From Hyalangium minutum (GTDB lineage Bacteria > Myxococcota > Myxococcia > Myxococcales > Myxococcaceae): 64,000 nucleotides of DNA. Location: contig NZ_JMCB01000010.1 in assembly GCF_000737315.1 (NCBI RefSeq), forward strand, positions 261,942 through 325,941, in the 5' to 3' direction. The notes under the pieces are model-generated. The model had not been told where the DNA came from and ran no database searches. It saw nothing but the letters and a program-made list of their open reading frames with translations. The position numbers and the translations under genes are program-made. Position 1 is the first letter of the stretch, and each line of letters begins with the position of its first letter. Below, piece by piece: positions 58,218 through 64,000 of the stretch.

Positions 58218-59453
58218 TCAACGGGGACGCGACCGCCAGACCTCATCATAGGGACAGGAGCAGTCCGTCTCCTCCGGCTCGGGATAGACGTACCGCTGGC
58301 CCTTGTAGTTGCGGAAGACGGTCTCGCGCTCGCCGCGCTCCACCACATAGTCAGGCTGGAGCGTGACCTTCCCACCGCCGCCGGGCAGATCCACGGCGAG
58401 GTGCGGCACGGCGAGCCCAGTCGTGAATCCCCGGAGCTGCTGAAGAATCTCCACGCCCTTGGCAATGGGCGTGCGCAGGTGCTCGCAGCCTTCAGCAACA
58501 TCCATCTGGTGGAGGTAGTACGGCCGGACGCGGATGCGCAGCAGCGCGTGAGACAGCTCCTGGATGATTCGAGCGTCCGAGTTGAGCCGGCGCATGAGCA
58601 CGGCCTGGTTCTCGACGGGGACGCCATGGTCCACGAGGCGCTCACAGGCCTCGGCGGCTTCGGGAGTGACTTCCTTCGGGTGGTTGAAGTGCGTCACCAC
58701 ATAGACGGGGGCGTACTTCCGCAACGTGCGAGCCAGCGAGTCGGTGACACGCATGGGCAGACACACGGGCACCCGGGTCCCAATGCGGATCATCTCCACA
58801 TGAGGAATTTCCTGCAGGGGCGCGAGCAGCTCCTCCAGACGGGTGTCGCTGAGCAGGAACGGGTCGCCGCCAGAGATGAGAACATCGCGCACCTCGGGGT
58901 GCTGGCGGATGTACTCGATGCCGCGGCGCATCTGCTCCTTGCTGAGCTCGGCCTCTCCGCCCTTGGTGATGCGGCGGCGGGTGCAGTGTCGGCAGTAGAC
59001 GGAGCACGTATCGAGCGCGAGGAAGAGCACCCGGTCCGGGTACTTGTGGACGATGGCCTCCTCGGGCCGGGTCTTGTCCTCGCCGAGCGGGTCCGCGAGC
59101 TCGCCGGGGCGGATGCGTGCCTCGGCCCGGACGGGGATGGACTGCATCCGCACGGGGCAGAACGGGTGCTCGGGATCGATGAGCGACAGGTAGTACGGGC
59201 TGATGCCGATGCGGAACAGCGCGGCGGTCTCCTGGACACCGGCGCGCTCATCGGGAGTCAGCGGCACATACCGCTCGAGCTGCTCGAGGTTGCGGACGGC
59301 GTGGCGCTGGTGCCAGCGCCAATCGCTCCACTCGGCATCGGTGGCCTGGGGGAACAGCCGGCGCCGGCCCTCAGCACTGGCGGGAGGGCGGCCCGCGCGG
59401 GACTTGGATGGGGCCACCGCCGGAGCCGCCCCGGGCTGGGCGGACGAGTCCAT
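58218..59453 (-). CDS. KamA-family radical SAM enzyme (lysine 2,3-aminomutase-like)
   Basis: HKYPDRVL, CSVYCRHCTRRR, LISGGDP, HFNHPKE, NQAVL, PYYLHQMD, DLPGGGGK (PLP Lys); start at TGATG overlap. Confidence 0.92.
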   Translation of the reverse strand: MDSSAQPGAAPAVAPSKSRAGRPPASAEGRRRLFPQATDAEWSDWRWHQRHAVRNLEQLERYVPLTPDERAGVQETAALFRIGISPYYLSLIDPEHPFCPVRMQSIPVRAEARIRPGELADPLGEDKTRPEEAIVHKYPDRVLFLALDTCSVYCRHCTRRRITKGGEAELSKEQMRRGIEYIRQHPEVRDVLISGGDPFLLSDTRLEELLAPLQEIPHVEMIRIGTRVPVCLPMRVTDSLARTLRKYAPVYVVTHFNHPKEVTPEAAEACERLVDHGVPVENQAVLMRRLNSDARIIQELSHALLRIRVRPYYLHQMDVAEGCEHLRTPIAKGVEILQQLRGFTTGLAVPHLAVDLPGGGGKVTLQPDYVVERGERETVFRNYKGQRYVYPEPEETDCSCPYDEVWRSRPR

Positions 59454-60823
59454 CACGCGGCCTTGAGCTGGTCGCGCCACCACGCCTGCCCGGACTCCGG
59501 GAGGGTGTCGATGGGATCGTAGTACTCGTACTTGCGAGTGAGGGCCTCGGGATCGTTGGCCTCGATGCCGGTCCGGTAGTTCTTGGTCCAGTACGAGATG
59601 CCCTTCTCCCGGTCGTACTCGGCGACCTGATGGACCCAGCGCTTCCCAACGAAGGGCACGTCACAGACGATGCGCGGCGTAGCGAAGCCAGGCATGTAGC
59701 CCATGATGTCGTGCTGGAGCTTCTGGGCCTGATCAACGGACAAGCGCCAGTGCTCCGAGTTGGGGATCATGTCGCACATGTAGAAGTAGTACGGCAGGAT
59801 CTTGGCGTGGTCGAGCAGCGTGAAGCACAGGTCCAGCAGCGCATGAGCGCTGTCATTCACGCCGCGCAGCAGCACGCCCTGGTTGCGCACATCGCGGAAG
59901 CCCATGTCGAGCAGCTTGCGCACGGCCTTCCCCACGAGCGGGGTGAGCTGCTGGGCATGGTTGACGTGGGTGTGAAGCGCGAGGTCCACGCCGCGCTCGA
60001 TGGCCTTCTTGGCGAGCCGGTCCAGCCCCTGAAGGACGCTGTCCTGGAGGAAGTGCTGGGGGATGCCCATGAGGCCCTTGCTGGCCAGGCGGATGTCCCG
60101 GATGTTGGGGATGTCCATGAGCGAGCTGACAAACGGCTCGAGCTGCTGGATGGGCAGGTTGGCGATGTCGCCGCCGGAGACCACCACATCGCGCACCGTG
60201 GGGGTGCGGCGCAGGTAGTCGAGCATCTGCTCGTAGCGCTCCTTGGGCCCGATGGAGAACTTGTGCTTGGGAACCTGGGGCACGTCATTGCCGACCAGGT
60301 CCATGCGGGTGCAGTGGCCGCAGTACTGGGGGCAGGTGGGGAGCATCTCCGCCAGCACCTTGGTGGGGTAGCGGTGGGTGAGCCCCTCGACCTTCCACAT
60401 CTCGGCCTCATGGAGGCTGTCGCGGCTGGCCTTGGGATGGTTGGGCCAGTCGGTGCGGCGGTCTGCGAACGCCGGCAGCATGTAGCGGCGCACCGGGTCG
60501 CTCCAGAGGTCCTCCAGGTTCATGGTGTTGAGCATCTGCGGAGGGAGCAGCAGCGACATGGTCGCCCGCTCCTTCTGGTCTCGCTCGATGCTCTCGGCCA
60601 GGTCGTCAGGGAGCAGAGAGCCGAGGGCCGCCTTCAGCTCGCGGAGGTTCTTGATGGTGTGCTTCCTCTGCCAGACGGAGCTCTCCCAGTCAGCGGAGGA
60701 GGCATCCTTGTAGGCAGGGATGCGCCGCCAGTCCGGCTCCAGAAACTCCCGGCGGGTCGGGTAGGAGATGGGCTGAGAGGCGGGACCGGACTCAGCCGGC
60801 CCACGAGGGGGCGTCGTTTGCAT
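59453..60823 (-). CDS. Second, divergent KamA-family radical SAM enzyme
   Basis: THRYPTKVL, CPQYCGHCTR, VVSGGD, HTHVNH, NQGVLLRGVND, PYYFYMCD, CDVPFVGK. Confidence 0.9.
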   Translation of the reverse strand: MQTTPPRGPAESGPASQPISYPTRREFLEPDWRRIPAYKDASSADWESSVWQRKHTIKNLRELKAALGSLLPDDLAESIERDQKERATMSLLLPPQMLNTMNLEDLWSDPVRRYMLPAFADRRTDWPNHPKASRDSLHEAEMWKVEGLTHRYPTKVLAEMLPTCPQYCGHCTRMDLVGNDVPQVPKHKFSIGPKERYEQMLDYLRRTPTVRDVVVSGGDIANLPIQQLEPFVSSLMDIPNIRDIRLASKGLMGIPQHFLQDSVLQGLDRLAKKAIERGVDLALHTHVNHAQQLTPLVGKAVRKLLDMGFRDVRNQGVLLRGVNDSAHALLDLCFTLLDHAKILPYYFYMCDMIPNSEHWRLSVDQAQKLQHDIMGYMPGFATPRIVCDVPFVGKRWVHQVAEYDREKGISYWTKNYRTGIEANDPEALTRKYEYYDPIDTLPESGQAWWRDQLKAA

Positions 60824-60920
60824 GGCGCGGTACCTTACCGTGAAGCTCCGACCTGCGAGAGCAGCCCCGCGGGGCGGAGCCCTCCATATCGAACAATCGA
60901 GGAGGGCGACACATGCCCGC

Positions 60921-63701
60921 TCACTCCACGGGCACGTTGATCAACTTGGCGACCTCGGACTCGGTGATGGTGATGGCCTGAGGCTTGGTCTGCTTGCCGT
61001 TGAGCTTGAAGACGATCTTCCGGCTGCCCAGGGGGAGCATCAGCGGGTTGCCAATGGCCACGGGGGTGTCCCGTCCCGAGTACTTGCCATCCACCCAGAT
61101 CTGGGCACCGGCAGGCTTGGTGCTGGCGGCGAACTTGCCCATCTTGTTGGCAGCGGGCTTGGGCGTCGGAGGCGTTTGGGCAACGGGCGGCTTGGGCTGG
61201 GGCTTGGGCTCAGGCTTGGCCTCGGGCTTGGCCTCGACGGGAGGCGGCTTGGGCTCCTCCTTCTCGAGCTCGAACTCCACCTTCACCTCGGAGCTGCCAT
61301 CGCCCTCGAACTCGCCGGTGAACGTCTTGTAACCGGCGCGCTTGGCGACGAACCTGTAGGTCTTCCCGATCGCCAGATTGGCGGCCTTGGCGTTGGGCGT
61401 CTGCCCGACCGACTTGCCATCCACCTGGATCTCGGCACCCGAATTGCCCACGAAGACGGCGACGAACGTCTTGGGCTTCTCGGGCTGGGGAGGGGTGGTC
61501 GTTCCCGGATCCTTGGTAGGGGTCTCCGGAGGCGTCTTCTGCTCGGGATCCTGCGAGCCGTTGGCAACCTTCTCCGGCTCGGAGGGCGGCTTGTCGTTCG
61601 TCGGCTCGTCGGTGGAGCCAGCGTTCTCGGGCTTGAGCTTGAGCGCCACGGGAGTGGGGTTATCGCTCTCGACGACATTCACCATCTGCTCGAGCGGAAC
61701 GAAGCCCTCGGCGGCAGCGACCACACGGTGCGGGCCGGGCTCGAGCTCAATGACGGAGTTCGGCGTGACCGGGGCATTGTCCACGCGGAGCACCACCTTG
61801 GCGGTGGGCGGATCCACAGTGAACATGACGCGGCCCTTGCTGGAGCCGGCCGCGACCGCGACGACAGTCCCAATGACGCCGAGCAGCAACACGGCGGCAC
61901 CCGCGATGATGAAGATCTTGGGATTGATCGGCTTGCCGGGTCCGGCCGCAGGGGGCTTGGCGGCCTTCCCCTGCTTGGCGGGAGGCTTCTTGGTGGCGGC
62001 CGGAACCTTGCCAGTGTTGGCGGGCTCTTCCTCGAGCGCCCTGGCCCGAGCATCCGAGCGCTCTTCCTCTTCCTCCTCCTCCCGCTTGGAAGGACGAACC
62101 TTGGAGGGGCGGCTCGGCGTCAGCTTGGGCACGCTGTCGGTCGGCCCATCCTCTTCTTCAGCCTGAACAGGCTTGGGCTCACGGGAGGTCGGAGCAGGAC
62201 CAATCACGGTCGCGCCGACATAGTTCTCAGGCTCTCCTTCGCCGATGACGACCTGGGGCTTGGAGCCGCTCTTGCCCTTGGCCTTGACGGCGGCCATCTG
62301 GCCGGTCGGCCGCGGCGCGGCCATGGCGGCCATGGTCGACTCGTTGGCGAACGGGCTCTGCATGGAGCCGTCGAGCGTATCGCTGGTGTCGTCGACGATC
62401 GGGTTCTCGGTCCGGCCCGTGGAGCTGTCATCGAGCGGGTTGGCGTTCTTGCCCGTGGAGCTGTCGTCGAAGAGGACAGGGCTGGGTCCGCCACTGAGGG
62501 CGATAGAGGAGTCGACGATCTGCGTCTTGTCCCCTGCCCCATCCATCTCGGCGAGCTCCTCGGCGGTGGGAGGCGGAACGAGAGGCGGAGGGGGCAGCTT
62601 GTCCGACGAGCGCGTGGCGGGGGCCGGCGGCTGCGGCCCCACCGGAGTGACCATGGAAGGCTTGCGCGGGGATCGCGACGGAGGAGGAGTAGGAACGGCG
62701 TTGGCGCCTGAAGTCTCGAGCTGATCAGGCTTCTCGATGGCAGCGTAGCGCTCCATCTTCTCGGCTTCGCGGAGCATGTCCTCAGCGAAGGCCTCCTTCA
62801 TGTAGGAGGCGAGGTGCTTGCCTGAGTAGATGGCATCACCGGCGAGGAGGAACTTCATCAAGTCCTCCTGCAGGTCGGACGCCCACTGGTAGCGATCCTC
62901 GGGCTCACGCGCGAGCGCCTTGAGAACAACCTTCTCCAGGCCCGCCGGGATGTTGGGGTTGAACTGGCGAGGCAGCGGGACCTCGGCGTTGCGCACCTTC
63001 TCGAGCGTGGAGAAGTCTGACTCTCCGACGAAGAGCTTCTCGCCGGTGAGCATCTCGTAGAGGATGACGCCGACGGCGAAGATGTCGCTGCGCCGGTCGA
63101 TGGGCATGCCGCGGACTTGCTCCGGGCTCATGTACCCGAACTTGCCCTTGAGAATGCCGGCCTGAGTCTTCTGCGCGCGGTTGGCGGCCTTGGCGATGCC
63201 GAAGTCGATGACCTTCACATCACCCTCGTACGAGACGAGGATGTTCTGCGGAGACACATCGCGGTGGATGATGGACAGGTCCTGCCCGCGGGCGTCCTTC
63301 TTGCGGTGGGCGTAGTCGAGCCCCTCGCACATCTTGGACGCGACGAAGACCGCCTGAGCGGTCGGCATGATCTCCTTACGCCGCCGGTAGCGCTCCAGGA
63401 TGGTGCGGAGATCCCTGCCCGCGACGTACTCCATCGCGATGTAGTAGGTCTCCTCGTACTTCCCGAGCTCGTGGATGTGCACGATGTTGGCGTGGTTCAG
63501 CTGGACGCTGACCCGGGCCTCATCGATGAACATCGTGATGAACTCCTGGTCCTCGGCCATCGTCGGGAGGATCTTCTTGATGGCCAGGAAGCGCTCGAAG
63601 CCCTCCACGCCGAAGGCCTTGGCGATGAACACTTCGGCCATGCCGCCGACGTTGATGCGCTCGAGGAGCAGGTACTTGCCGAATGTGGTAGGCCGCTTCA
63701 T
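60921..63701 (-). CDS. Membrane Ser/Thr protein kinase with C-terminal PEGA-like domains
   Basis: GGMAEVF, AIKK, IHRDVSPQN, DFG, YMSPEQ, DIFAVG; Pro/charged linker; TM IFIIAGAAVLLLGVIGTVVAV; repeated GA(E/Q)I.VDG modules. Confidence 0.95.
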   Translation of the reverse strand: MKRPTTFGKYLLLERINVGGMAEVFIAKAFGVEGFERFLAIKKILPTMAEDQEFITMFIDEARVSVQLNHANIVHIHELGKYEETYYIAMEYVAGRDLRTILERYRRRKEIMPTAQAVFVASKMCEGLDYAHRKKDARGQDLSIIHRDVSPQNILVSYEGDVKVIDFGIAKAANRAQKTQAGILKGKFGYMSPEQVRGMPIDRRSDIFAVGVILYEMLTGEKLFVGESDFSTLEKVRNAEVPLPRQFNPNIPAGLEKVVLKALAREPEDRYQWASDLQEDLMKFLLAGDAIYSGKHLASYMKEAFAEDMLREAEKMERYAAIEKPDQLETSGANAVPTPPPSRSPRKPSMVTPVGPQPPAPATRSSDKLPPPPLVPPPTAEELAEMDGAGDKTQIVDSSIALSGGPSPVLFDDSSTGKNANPLDDSSTGRTENPIVDDTSDTLDGSMQSPFANESTMAAMAAPRPTGQMAAVKAKGKSGSKPQVVIGEGEPENYVGATVIGPAPTSREPKPVQAEEEDGPTDSVPKLTPSRPSKVRPSKREEEEEEERSDARARALEEEPANTGKVPAATKKPPAKQGKAAKPPAAGPGKPINPKIFIIAGAAVLLLGVIGTVVAVAAGSSKGRVMFTVDPPTAKVVLRVDNAPVTPNSVIELEPGPHRVVAAAEGFVPLEQMVNVVESDNPTPVALKLKPENAGSTDEPTNDKPPSEPEKVANGSQDPEQKTPPETPTKDPGTTTPPQPEKPKTFVAVFVGNSGAEIQVDGKSVGQTPNAKAANLAIGKTYRFVAKRAGYKTFTGEFEGDGSSEVKVEFELEKEEPKPPPVEAKPEAKPEPKPQPKPPVAQTPPTPKPAANKMGKFAASTKPAGAQIWVDGKYSGRDTPVAIGNPLMLPLGSRKIVFKLNGKQTKPQAITITESEVAKLINVPVE

Positions 63702-63909
63702 CTCGTGGAGTCGCCGTAGCCCGCCGGCAACCAGAGGCCGTCAAGGCGGCACAATGCCGGGCGGAACCTAGGGACTCTAGAGGAGCAAGGACGGCCAGTC
63801 AAACAGCAGTGCACGCCCGAATTGTCCAGCGAATCCAGAGGGTTGGACGCGCTGCAGAGCCTGTCGAGCCCAGCCGACGCCTGCAAGGCCGAGGGCTCCC
63901 GCCTAGAGC

Positions 63910-63953
63910 AAAAAAAAGCGCCCCTGGGGCCCAATGAAGGGCGCCAGGGGCGC
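63910..63953 (-). terminator. rRNA operon rho-independent terminator
   Basis: 10-bp GC stem GCGCCCCTGG (63918-63927) / CCAGGGGCGC (63944-63953) plus an inner stem, followed by 8 T on the minus strand. Confidence 0.88.
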
Positions 63954-63968
63954 ATGAGTAAAAAAAAT

Positions 63969-64000
63969 CCGGCAGCGACCTACTCTCCCACGCGGTTTCC
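63969..64000 (-). rRNA. rrf: 5S rRNA, 3' end (partial)
   Basis: Minus strand GGAAACCGCGTGGGAGAGTAGGTCGCTGCCGG, the conserved 3' strand of bacterial 5S rRNA. Confidence 0.93.

Noticed and set aside
58218-60823. Possible link between the KamA pair and the Lys-based myxochelin NRPS (beta-lysine incorporation)
   Set aside because: They are 11 kb apart and separated by core genes, no Fur box is visible at the KamA genes, and the MxcG specificity residues look like the ordinary Lys type.

Overview
GC-rich myxobacterial chromosome window (Cystobacterineae-like, inferred from gene content and order). It has five blocks. (1) 1-13.9 kb is an accessory and decay zone: Ig-repeat lipoprotein (runs off the left edge), secreted TPR-CHAT protease, BlaI/M56 pair with a visible tandem operator, several gene fragments, a ricin-type lectin, an IS91-like remnant, an intact IS5-family element inserted into a ~100-bp palindromic element upstream of a DUF1993 gene, a lipoprotein/small-ORF pair resembling a toxin-immunity module, gloA and small membrane/lipoprotein genes. 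(2) 14.1-27.6 kb is a translationally coupled minus-strand operon: a 1762-aa secreted protein of disulfide-containing PPC-like repeats, a thioester-bearing alpha-2-macroglobulin and PBP1C. This is the best candidate for an undescribed system. (3) 27.8-30.7 kb holds an aldo/keto reductase and an M49-like peptidase. (4) 30.8-47.3 kb is a myxochelin siderophore cluster (mxcK-L-C-D-E-F-G, class II DAHP synthase, mxcH, mxcI) with three Fur boxes. (5) 47.5-64 kb is mostly core genes: NBD-only Hsp70, SLT lipoprotein, secF-secD-yajC-tgt-queA-SpoIID, three hypotheticals, two tandem KamA-family radical SAM genes, a Ser/Thr kinase with PEGA-like domains, and the terminator plus 3' end of a 5S rRNA. All family assignments come from motif recognition by eye; no database searches were run.
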